Source of the DNA: Lysobacteraceae bacterium
GTDB lineage: Bacteria; Pseudomonadota; Gammaproteobacteria; Xanthomonadales; Rhodanobacteraceae
Length of the DNA: 64,000 bases
Assembly: GCA_018970895.1 (NCBI GenBank)
Contig: JAGWVM010000001.1
Location: 2,289 to 66,288, forward strand
Reading direction: 5' to 3'
Positions within the stretch are counted from its first letter, which is position 1; each line of letters opens with the position of its first letter. Shown here piece after piece: positions 29,460-38,075 of the stretch. The position numbers and the translations under genes were made by a program. The notes below the pieces were generated by a model, which was not told where the DNA came from, did no database searches, and saw only the letters and a program-made list of their open reading frames with translations.

Positions 29460-30797
29460 ATGACGCAAAACAACAAGGTGGTTTGGAGCGAAGGCCTGTT
29501 CCTGCGGCCGCAGCACCTGCAGCAGAACGAGCGCTACCTGGAGCGCTTCGTCGAGCTGCGCGCCGGTGCGCTGCGGCCGTACAGCTTCGGCTTCACCGAG
29601 CTGGAACTGGAAGCCGACCTGCTGGCGGTCGGCAAGCTCGGCATCAAGCGGGCGCGCGGCGTGCTGCCCGACGGCACGCCGTTCGCCATGCCGTCCGATG
29701 ATCCGCTGCCGCCGCCGCTGGAGGTCGACGCGAACTGGCGCGACCAGACCATCTACCTGACCCTGCCGCTGCGCTCGCCGACCCAGCCGGACAGTGGCCG
29801 GCCCGAGGCGCCGGCGGAGAAGCTGTTCCGCTTCCGCGTGCGCGAGGCCGAGGTGCGCGATGCCTCCGGCAGCACCGATGGCACCGCGGTGCTCGAGGTC
29901 GGCGGCATGACCAGCCGGCTGCTGCCCGAGTCGCAGCCGCTGGAAGGCCTGACCCGCCTGCCGTTGGCACGCATCGTCGAATGCCGCTCGGATCGCCGGG
30001 TGATGCTGGACGAGGGCTTCATGCCGACCGGCCTGCGCTGCGAGGCGGTGCCGCGGCTGGTGACCTTCCTCACCGAGCTGCTCGGTCTGCTGCACCAGCG
30101 TGGCGAGGCACTGGCCAGCCGCGTGGCGCTGACCGATCGCGGCGGCGCGGCCGAGATCGCCGACTTCCTGCTGCTGCAGGTGGTCAACCGCTACCAGCCG
30201 CTGGTCGCCCACCTGGCCGAGGCGCCGCTGGCGCACCCGGAGGAGCTGTACCGGCTGATGGTGGCGATGGCCGGCGAGCTGGCCACGTTCACCGCGCCGG
30301 GCAAGCGGCCGCCGGCGTTCCCGGCGTATCGCCACGAGGCGCTGCGCGAGAGCTTCGAGCCGGTGATCGCCGCGCTGCGCGCCAGCCTGAGCGCGGTGAT
30401 GGAACAGACCGCGCTGGCGATCCCCCTGCAGCAGCGCAAGTTCGGCGTGTGGGTGGCGGTGGTGCCTGATCTGTCGCTGCTGGACACCGCTGCCTTCGTG
30501 CTGGCGGCCAAGGCCGACCTGAAGTCCGAGGAGCTGCGCCGGCAGTTGCCGGCGGTTTCCAAGATCGGCCCGGTGGAGAAGATCCGCGACCTGGTGAACC
30601 TGCAGCTGCCGGGCATCGGGCTGACGCCGATGCCGGTGGCGCCGCGGCAGATTCCCTACAACGCGGGCTACCTGTACTTCGAATTCGACCGGCACTCGGC
30701 GATGTGGCGGGAGCTGAAGACCTCAGGCGGCATCGCGTTCCATTTCGGCAGCGAGTTCGCCGGACTCGATCTGCAACTGTGGGCAATCAGGGGTTGA
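29460..30797 (+). CDS. tssK: T6SS baseplate protein TssK
   Basis: KVVWSEGLFLRPQHLQQ, GVLPDGTPF, PVAPRQIPY, LQLWAIR. Confidence 0.97.
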   Translation: MTQNNKVVWSEGLFLRPQHLQQNERYLERFVELRAGALRPYSFGFTELELEADLLAVGKLGIKRARGVLPDGTPFAMPSDDPLPPPLEVDANWRDQTIYLTLPLRSPTQPDSGRPEAPAEKLFRFRVREAEVRDASGSTDGTAVLEVGGMTSRLLPESQPLEGLTRLPLARIVECRSDRRVMLDEGFMPTGLRCEAVPRLVTFLTELLGLLHQRGEALASRVALTDRGGAAEIADFLLLQVVNRYQPLVAHLAEAPLAHPEELYRLMVAMAGELATFTAPGKRPPAFPAYRHEALRESFEPVIAALRASLSAVMEQTALAIPLQQRKFGVWVAVVPDLSLLDTAAFVLAAKADLKSEELRRQLPAVSKIGPVEKIRDLVNLQLPGIGLTPMPVAPRQIPYNAGYLYFEFDRHSAMWRELKTSGGIAFHFGSEFAGLDLQLWAIRG

Positions 30798-30801
30798 GCG
30801 C

Positions 30802-32172
30802 ATGAATACGCCGAATGGTTCCGGCCAGCCGCCCGGTTATCCGCCGGTGCCCGACGACGCCACCATCGTGCGTCCGCGCGGCAGCCAGCCTCCTGCACCG
30901 GCGCCCGCGCCCTACGCACCTCCGTCGGTGGCCCCGGCGCATGCGTCTGCACCCACGCCCCCACCGTCGGCGCCGCGGGCCGACATCAGCGAGTTCCTCG
31001 GCGGCGGCATGAACCCGCTGGTGCAGGCTGCCGCGCCGCTGCTGCTGCTGGGCGTGCAGTTGCGTCACAGCGTGTCGCCGCCCGATGCCACGCGCCTGCG
31101 CGAGCAGGTGACCACCCAGGTGCGCCGCTTCGAGAGCCACGCCAATGCCGCCGGCCTGCCGGTGCAGACGGTCACCGCCGCGCGCTACGTGCTTTGCGCG
31201 ATGCTGGACGAATCGGTGCTCAATGCGCCGTGGGGCGAGCAGAGCGGCTGGGCGCAGAAGACCCTGCTGGTGACCTTCCACGGCGAGTCCTACGGCGGCG
31301 CCAAGTTCTTCCAGATCCTCGAGCGGCTGTGCGCCGACTTCAGCCGGCACATCGACCTGATCGAGCTGATGTACCTGTGCCTGGCACTGGGCTTCGGCGG
31401 GCGCTACCAGATCGAGGCGGGCGGGCGCGCCAGGCTGGCCGACATCCAGGAAGACCTCTACCGCCGGATCAAGGCGCAGCGCGCACCGGCCGCCGACGAG
31501 CTGGCGCCGCACTGGCGCGGCATCGAGGACCGGCGCAATCCGCTGATCCGCTACGTGCCGCTGTGGGTGATCGCCGCCGCGGCCGCCTGCGTGCTGCTGG
31601 TGGCGTTCCTGTTCTTCTACACTCGGCTCAACACGCTGTCCGCGCCGGCCAGCGCGCAGATCGCGCAGATCGGTCTGGAGAGTGCCACGCCGCCGGACAC
31701 CACGCGCCTGAACCAGGCCACGCCGCCGGCGCCGCACAAGACGCTGAAGGAACTTCTGGCACCGGAGGCCCAGGCCGGCCGGCTCGAGGTGATCGACCAG
31801 AGCGACCGCAGCGAGCTGGTGCGCCTGAGCGGCTCGGACATGTTCGCCTCCGGCGGCGTGGACGTGAGCGCCGCGGAGATTCCGCTGCTGCACAAGATCA
31901 CCGCCGCGCTGAACCAGGTGCCGGGGCGGGTGATCGTGGTCGGCCACACGGACGACCAGCCGATCCACTCGCTGCGTTTCAAGGACAACTTCGAGCTGTC
32001 CGCGGCGCGCGCCCGCGCGGTGGTGCAGATCCTCGCCCAGGGGCTGGACAATCCGGCGCGACTGGAATCCAGCGGCGCCGGCTCGTCGCAGCCGATCGCA
32101 CTGCCGCCGAACCTGCCGGCCAACCGCACGCGCAATCGCCGCGTCGAAATCAAGTACATCCCGGAGGGCTGA
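30802..32172 (+). CDS. tssL: T6SS membrane protein TssL (DotU) with C-terminal OmpA-like peptidoglycan-binding domain
   Basis: NPLVQAA, YVLCAMLDESV, GGAKFFQ, ELMYLCLALGF; TM; GHTDDQP, LSAARA, NRRVEI. Confidence 0.95.
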   Translation: MNTPNGSGQPPGYPPVPDDATIVRPRGSQPPAPAPAPYAPPSVAPAHASAPTPPPSAPRADISEFLGGGMNPLVQAAAPLLLLGVQLRHSVSPPDATRLREQVTTQVRRFESHANAAGLPVQTVTAARYVLCAMLDESVLNAPWGEQSGWAQKTLLVTFHGESYGGAKFFQILERLCADFSRHIDLIELMYLCLALGFGGRYQIEAGGRARLADIQEDLYRRIKAQRAPAADELAPHWRGIEDRRNPLIRYVPLWVIAAAAACVLLVAFLFFYTRLNTLSAPASAQIAQIGLESATPPDTTRLNQATPPAPHKTLKELLAPEAQAGRLEVIDQSDRSELVRLSGSDMFASGGVDVSAAEIPLLHKITAALNQVPGRVIVVGHTDDQPIHSLRFKDNFELSAARARAVVQILAQGLDNPARLESSGAGSSQPIALPPNLPANRTRNRRVEIKYIPEG

Positions 32173-32176
32173 GCTC

Positions 32177-35100
32177 GTGAAGAAGGTGCTTTCCCTGCTC
32201 AAGTCCGGCGGGTTCATCGCCCTGGTCGGCCTGCTGTTGCTGTCGCTGCTGATCTGGCTCGGCGGTCCGTATCTCGGCATCGGCGACAGTCAGCCGCTGG
32301 CCAGCCCGGTGACACGGCTGGTGGTGATCATCGTGCTGCTGGTGATCTGGGGCGTGGTGCTGCTGATCCAGCAGATGCGCCTGCGCAGCAAGACCGCGCA
32401 GATGTCCGGCGACCTGGCCCAGCAGGACGGCAGTACCGCCGCGCCGGCGCCGGCCGGCGACGATCGCAGCGCCAGCGAGCGCGCCCAGCTGGCCTCGCGC
32501 TTCCAGGAGGCGGTGGACACGCTGCGCAAGCGCCGCCAGGGCGGCGGCAACCTGTACACGCTGCCGTGGTACGTGGTGATCGGTCCGCCCGGCTCGGGCA
32601 AGAGCACGCTGCTGCAGAACTCGGGACTGAACTTCCCGTTGTCCGATCGCTTCGGCAAGGAGGCGCTGCGCGGCATCGGCGGTACCCGCAACTGCGACTG
32701 GTGGTTCACCGACGAGGCGGTGTTCCTCGACACCGCCGGCCGCTACACCACGCAGGATTCCGACCGCCAGGCCGATGCCTCGGCCTGGGGCGAGTTCCTC
32801 AAGCTGCTGCGCAGGTACCGCAAGCGTCGGCCGATCAACGGCGTGCTGATCGCAATGAGCCTGTCCGACCTGCTGGTGCTGGACGAGAACGCCCGGCAGG
32901 AACACGTGCAGGCCGTGCGCCGGCGCCTGGACGAACTGGCCGAGCACCTGCGCATCGGCGTACCGGTGTACCTGGTGCTGACCAAGTGCGACCTGGTGGC
33001 CGGCTTCAGCGAATTCTTCGACGACCTTTCGCCGGAGCTGCGCAGCCAGGTCTGGGGCATGTCGTTCCCGGTCGCCAGGACCATGGACGGCAGCGCCGCC
33101 AAGGCGTTCGCCGACGAGTTCCAGCGGCTGCTGGACCGGCTCAACACGCGGGTGCTCGAGCGCGTGCACGCCGAACCGGATCGCATGCACCGTGCGGCGA
33201 TCCTGTCGTTCCCGCAGCAGCTGGCGGCACTGCGCGACGTCGCGCGCCAGTTCGTCGAGGGCGTGTTCGCACCGAACCCGTACGGCAGCCCGACGCTGCT
33301 TCGCGGTGTCTATCTCACCTCCGGTACGCAGGAAGGCACGCCGATCGACCGCATGATGAGCGCGGTGGCGCGCACCTTTGGCGTCGACGCGACGCGCGTG
33401 CAGGCCAAGGGCGCCCAGCAGCGCACCTTCTTCGTCGAGCGGCTGCTCAAGGACGTGCTTTTCAGGGAGTCCGGTTTCGCCGGCACCAACCCGAAGCTGG
33501 AGCGGCAGAAGATCCTGCTGCAGGCAGCGGCCTACACTGGCGTGCTGCTGCTGACCGGCCTGCTGTTCGCCGGCATGGCGATCAGCTACGGCCGCAACCG
33601 CACGTATCTGGACAATGTGCAGAAGGCGCTGGCTGCCTATCCGGCGAAGACCTCGCTGGACGACGCGCCGACCCAGAAGGCCTATTTCGCGCTGGTGCTC
33701 GAACGGCTGGAGGGGCTCGGTGCGGTCAGCGGCGTGGCCGAGCAGTACCGCAGCCACGTGCCCTGGCTGATGCGTTTCGGGCTGTACCAGGGGCATGCCG
33801 TCGGCAGCGAGGTGCACGATGCCTACCTGCGCGAACTCAACGGGCTGCTGTTGCCCGGAGTGGCCTCGCAGTTCCGCGCCGGGCTCAGCGCCAGTGCCGG
33901 CGACCCGCAGGCGCTGTACTACTACCTCAAGGGTTACCTGATGCTCGGCGAGCCGAAGCATCGCGACCCCGGCCAGCTGGTCGCGCTGACCGACCTGGAG
34001 TGGCCGAAGGTGTTCCCCGGCGATACCGTGCTGCAGGACGCGATCGCCAAGCACTTCAAGGCGCTGGTGGGCGAGCCGGACCGGATGCGCGCCATCGGGC
34101 TGGACAAGGATCTGGTAGAGCAGGCGCGGGCGACCCTGCGCACCGCCGATCTGTCGTCGCTGGTCTACGGCAGCATGAAGCTGTCGGGCGCGGCCTCCGA
34201 TGCCCCGCCGCTGCGGCTGGACAAGGCGCTGGGCCTGCTCGGCAACGTGTTTCGCCGCAGGAGTGGCACGCCGCTGTCGTCGCCGCTGCCGGCGCTGTTC
34301 ACCCAGCCGGTGTTCGCCGCGGAGGTGGACAAGGGCATCGCCGAGGCGGTGGACGACTTCGCCAAGGACGACTGGGTGTTCGGTGCCAGCGGCATCGACG
34401 CGATCGGCAAGGCGCGCCTGCAGCAGCAGGTGCTCGGGCTTTACCAGAGCGATTACATCAAGGCCTGGGACGACCTGCTGAATGACCTGGAACTTCAGCC
34501 CATCGCCAGCATCCAGGACGCCAGCGCGATCGCCGCCAAGCTGGCCGGCCCCAGCTCGCCGCTGAAGGCGCTGCTCGGCGTGGTGCGCGACAACACCCAC
34601 GACATGCTGCGTGCGCCGCCCGAGGGCGGTGCGGACAAGGCACTGGCCGCGGCGAAGAAGGCGGCCGGAAAAAAGGCGGCGCAGAGCGCACTGAGTCGCG
34701 CACTGGCCGCCGCGGCGGGCTCGGCGCCGGCGGCGCCGGCGGCCAAGCCGGGCGATGCGATCAGCGCCCACTTCGACGCGCTGGACAAGCTCAGCGAGGG
34801 GGCGCCGGGTGCGGCGCCGATCGACCAGACGCTGGGGGTGCTCGATCAGCTCAGCAAGACCCTGTTGACGATGACCGACTTCAGCAATGCCGCCGGCCAG
34901 CCCAATCCGCAGCTGCTGCTGGCGCAACAGGCCGCGGCGCAGCTGCCGCCGCCGGTGTCCGGCTGGGTGGCGTCGCTCACCGGCAAGAGCCAGGCGCTGG
35001 TGGCCAGCGGTACCAAGGGGGCGCTGGGCGACCAGTTCCAGCAGGCGGTGGCGAAGGACTGCGCCGACTTCACCCGGGGACGCTATCCGTTCGATCCGAA

Positions 35101-35707
35101 CGGCCGCTCGGAGATTCCGCTGCAGAACTTCTCCGAGCTGTTCGGCTACGGCGGCGAGTTCGACGGCTTCTACAAGCAGACGCTGGAGAAGCTGGTCGAC
35201 GCCAGCGGGCGCACGTGGAAATGGAAGGACGGCCCGGGTGCGGTCAGCGGGCCGCCCGGCATGCTGGCGCAGATGCAGCGCGCCGATGCGATCAAGCAGG
35301 CGTTCTTCCGCAACGGCAGCCCGACCCCCGAGGTCGGCTTCACCTGGATGGGGCCGCAGCTCGATGCCGGCATCGGCAGGCTGGTGATCCAGGTCGACGG
35401 GCAGAAATTCGATTACGCGCCCGGTGGCGCGACCAGTGCGACGATGAAGTGGCCCGGACCGCAGCCGGGCCAGGTCTCGGTGAGCGCCTACGACACCGCC
35501 GGCAACCTGATCAGCAGCGTGGACTACCAGGGCGACTGGGCCTTCTTCCGCGCCCTGCAGGCAGCGCACCTGACCCGGCAGTCGGATCTGCGCTACACCG
35601 CCACCTTCCGCTTCGGCAGCCAGAGCGCCCGCGTGACGTTGCAGGCGGCCAACCTGAAGAACCCGTTCCTCGATTCCGACGTACAGCGCTTCCGCTGCGG
35701 AGGTTGA
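32177..35707 (+). CDS. tssM: T6SS membrane complex protein TssM (IcmF)
   Basis: LPWYVVIGPPGSGKST, RNCDWWF, DTAGRY, RGVYLTSGTQEG, GDWAFFR. Confidence 0.97.
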   Translation: MKKVLSLLKSGGFIALVGLLLLSLLIWLGGPYLGIGDSQPLASPVTRLVVIIVLLVIWGVVLLIQQMRLRSKTAQMSGDLAQQDGSTAAPAPAGDDRSASERAQLASRFQEAVDTLRKRRQGGGNLYTLPWYVVIGPPGSGKSTLLQNSGLNFPLSDRFGKEALRGIGGTRNCDWWFTDEAVFLDTAGRYTTQDSDRQADASAWGEFLKLLRRYRKRRPINGVLIAMSLSDLLVLDENARQEHVQAVRRRLDELAEHLRIGVPVYLVLTKCDLVAGFSEFFDDLSPELRSQVWGMSFPVARTMDGSAAKAFADEFQRLLDRLNTRVLERVHAEPDRMHRAAILSFPQQLAALRDVARQFVEGVFAPNPYGSPTLLRGVYLTSGTQEGTPIDRMMSAVARTFGVDATRVQAKGAQQRTFFVERLLKDVLFRESGFAGTNPKLERQKILLQAAAYTGVLLLTGLLFAGMAISYGRNRTYLDNVQKALAAYPAKTSLDDAPTQKAYFALVLERLEGLGAVSGVAEQYRSHVPWLMRFGLYQGHAVGSEVHDAYLRELNGLLLPGVASQFRAGLSASAGDPQALYYYLKGYLMLGEPKHRDPGQLVALTDLEWPKVFPGDTVLQDAIAKHFKALVGEPDRMRAIGLDKDLVEQARATLRTADLSSLVYGSMKLSGAASDAPPLRLDKALGLLGNVFRRRSGTPLSSPLPALFTQPVFAAEVDKGIAEAVDDFAKDDWVFGASGIDAIGKARLQQQVLGLYQSDYIKAWDDLLNDLELQPIASIQDASAIAAKLAGPSSPLKALLGVVRDNTHDMLRAPPEGGADKALAAAKKAAGKKAAQSALSRALAAAAGSAPAAPAAKPGDAISAHFDALDKLSEGAPGAAPIDQTLGVLDQLSKTLLTMTDFSNAAGQPNPQLLLAQQAAAQLPPPVSGWVASLTGKSQALVASGTKGALGDQFQQAVAKDCADFTRGRYPFDPNGRSEIPLQNFSELFGYGGEFDGFYKQTLEKLVDASGRTWKWKDGPGAVSGPPGMLAQMQRADAIKQAFFRNGSPTPEVGFTWMGPQLDAGIGRLVIQVDGQKFDYAPGGATSATMKWPGPQPGQVSVSAYDTAGNLISSVDYQGDWAFFRALQAAHLTRQSDLRYTATFRFGSQSARVTLQAANLKNPFLDSDVQRFRCGG

Positions 35708-35711
35708 GGCC

Positions 35712-37346
35712 ATGCCGAATCCGACAGGGGGGATGACGGCATCGGTGGGGTTCTTCGGCAAGCTGCCGGGTGCCGGGGATTTCGTGCAGCGGCGGCTGCC
35801 CGGCGATTTCGTCGAGCGCTGGGACCGGCACTTCGAGCATGCGGTGGCGGCCAGCCGGGAGCGGCTCGGTGCCAGCTGGCAGGAGCGCTGGTTCGCCAGC
35901 CCGGCCTGGCGCTTCGTGCTGGCGCCGGGCGTCTGCGGCGAGTCGGCCTGGGCCGGCGTGATGGCCCCGGCTGCGGACCGGGTCGGTCGCTGTTTTCCGA
36001 TGGTGATGGCCGCACCGCTGGGCCGGGATCCGGCAGCCTGCCCGCGCACGCTGCGCGAGGCGCAGCGCTGGTTCGACGTACTCGAGGTGGCGCATGCCGA
36101 AGCGCGTCGGCAGGCGTGGGGCGCGGATGCCTTCGACGCCCGTCTGGCCGTGCTGCCGGGACCGCAGGAGGTCACCCGCAGCGATCCGTCGGCCGCGCTC
36201 GCCGGGATCGACTGGCGTGGCGCCGCGCAGTGGCGGATGCCGCTGCGGGTGCACGGTCACGACGAGCGCTTTCTCGAGGTGCTGTGGTCGCAGCTGGCGG
36301 CCACCGGTCCTGGCTGGTGCCTGTGGTGGACGCATGGCGCCGCGATGGTGCCGGCCAGTGCGATGGCGACCCATGGTTTGCCTGCGCCGGCGGGCTTCGC
36401 CGCGTTCCTCGATGCGGGGCAGGGCGAAGAGGGCTGGCATACCCTGCGCTCGTTCGCGCCGGGGGCGAGCGCCGGCACCGCTGCGGTGCCGGTCGCAGCC
36501 GCGCCGGTCGCGGCGCCGATGGCACCACCGTCACCATCGCCGCCCGTCGCGCCGCATGTCGACAGCGAAACCACCGCATCCCGCGCACTGGCCGACAGCG
36601 CCGCGCCGGTGCCTGACGACGTGACCGTGCCGGGCTTCGGCCGCGGTGCCGCGGAGGCTGCGTCCGCACCACCCGCCGAGCCCGCTGCGTCTGCGGCCGC
36701 ACCGGCACGCGGCACAGTGTATCGGGGTGCGGAAGGTGCCCTCACCGTGCTCGCCGCCGATGACGGCGCACACGACAGCCGCTGCCGCGCCGCCGCCACG
36801 GCACAGGCGGTCGCGGCGGCGATGGCGCCGGGCGAGTTCTCCGGCGGCATGCATCTGCTGCGTGAGCGATTGCTGGCGCGGCACCCGGCGTTGCAGGCGT
36901 CGGGCGAGGACCTGATCGACCCGGTGATGGAGGACGCCGCCGTGGTGGCGTTGCACACCACCGGACGCTGGGCGGCGGTACTGCGCATGGGAACCGCCGA
37001 GGTGTGGCAGTGGCGGCGTGGGCAGATGCGCCCGGTGTTCGCCGGCGATGCCGCATCCACCGGTGCCGGCGTCGACACCCTGCTGGGTGCCCGTCGCGGT
37101 GCCGTAGCCGTGGGGCTGGGCGGATCCGGGAAGCCGGAGGCAGAGGACATCGTCTGCGCGGTGGAGCCGGGTGACCGCTTCCTGCTGCTGGCCACGCGGC
37201 GCCTGATGGGGCTGGATCAGGCGCTGCTCGCCCGCGCGCTGGCGATGCCGGACCCGGCACAGGCACGTGCCCATATTGCCCAGGCGACGGCGCTCGGTAC
37301 CGATCCCGCCCCCTGGCCACTGGCCGTCATCGAGGTGGACGCATGA
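35712..37346 (+). CDS. tagF: TagF fused via Pro/Ala linker to a degenerate PP2C-like domain
   Basis: N-terminal GFFGKLPGAGDFV, PAWRF, DRVGRCFP; C-terminal PP2C-like topology without the metal-binding Asp motifs. Confidence 0.88.
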   Translation: MPNPTGGMTASVGFFGKLPGAGDFVQRRLPGDFVERWDRHFEHAVAASRERLGASWQERWFASPAWRFVLAPGVCGESAWAGVMAPAADRVGRCFPMVMAAPLGRDPAACPRTLREAQRWFDVLEVAHAEARRQAWGADAFDARLAVLPGPQEVTRSDPSAALAGIDWRGAAQWRMPLRVHGHDERFLEVLWSQLAATGPGWCLWWTHGAAMVPASAMATHGLPAPAGFAAFLDAGQGEEGWHTLRSFAPGASAGTAAVPVAAAPVAAPMAPPSPSPPVAPHVDSETTASRALADSAAPVPDDVTVPGFGRGAAEAASAPPAEPAASAAAPARGTVYRGAEGALTVLAADDGAHDSRCRAAATAQAVAAAMAPGEFSGGMHLLRERLLARHPALQASGEDLIDPVMEDAAVVALHTTGRWAAVLRMGTAEVWQWRRGQMRPVFAGDAASTGAGVDTLLGARRGAVAVGLGGSGKPEAEDIVCAVEPGDRFLLLATRRLMGLDQALLARALAMPDPAQARAHIAQATALGTDPAPWPLAVIEVDA

Positions 37347-38062
37347 CCGATCGCTACGTTTCGGCGGGACTCACGGTGACCGGCAAGGTCCGTCGCCACA
37401 ACGAGGATGCGATCCTGGTGCGCGACGACCTGGGCCTCTGGGTGGTGGCCGACGGCATGGGTGGGCACTCTGCCGGCGACTATGCCAGCGCGCTGATCGC
37501 GCAGCGGCTCGGTGCGCTCAGCCGCAGCGGCAGCGTGTTCGATTTCATCGAGGCGATCGAGGATGCGCTGGAGCAGGCCAACGCCGACCTGGTCGCGATG
37601 GCGCGCACGCGCGGGGTCGACATCATCGGCTCCACCGTGGTCGTGCTGGTTCACCACCCCGACTACATGCTGTGCGGCTGGGTCGGCGACAGCCGCGCCT
37701 ACTGCATGGAAGCCGGCGTGCTCGAGCAGGTCAGCCGAGACCACGTGCACGGGATGAAGGACGACGTGACCCAGTTCGGCGGTGCCTCCGCGGCGCCTTC
37801 GCCCGGTGCCGGCGTGCTGACCCGGGCGATCGGTGCGGAAGATCGGCTGTTCGTCGACTGGCAGGTCGCCGGTTGCCGGCCCGGCATGCAGTTCGTGCTG
37901 TGCTCGGACGGCATCAACAAGGAAATGAGCGACGCCGAGATCGCCGCCGCCTGCCAGCGGCAGGGCGATCCCCAGGGCGTGCTCGACGATCTGCTCGGCC
38001 TGGCCCTGGGCCGGGCCGGCCGCGACAACGTGTCGGCCGTCGTCGTGCGGCTGCAGGACTGA
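37343..38062 (+). CDS. pppA: PP2C Ser/Thr phosphatase PppA
   Basis: [34 protein letters not shown]. Confidence 0.93.
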   Translation: MTDRYVSAGLTVTGKVRRHNEDAILVRDDLGLWVVADGMGGHSAGDYASALIAQRLGALSRSGSVFDFIEAIEDALEQANADLVAMARTRGVDIIGSTVVVLVHHPDYMLCGWVGDSRAYCMEAGVLEQVSRDHVHGMKDDVTQFGGASAAPSPGAGVLTRAIGAEDRLFVDWQVAGCRPGMQFVLCSDGINKEMSDAEIAAACQRQGDPQGVLDDLLGLALGRAGRDNVSAVVVRLQD

Positions 38063-38075
38063 CGACCCCCTCTCC

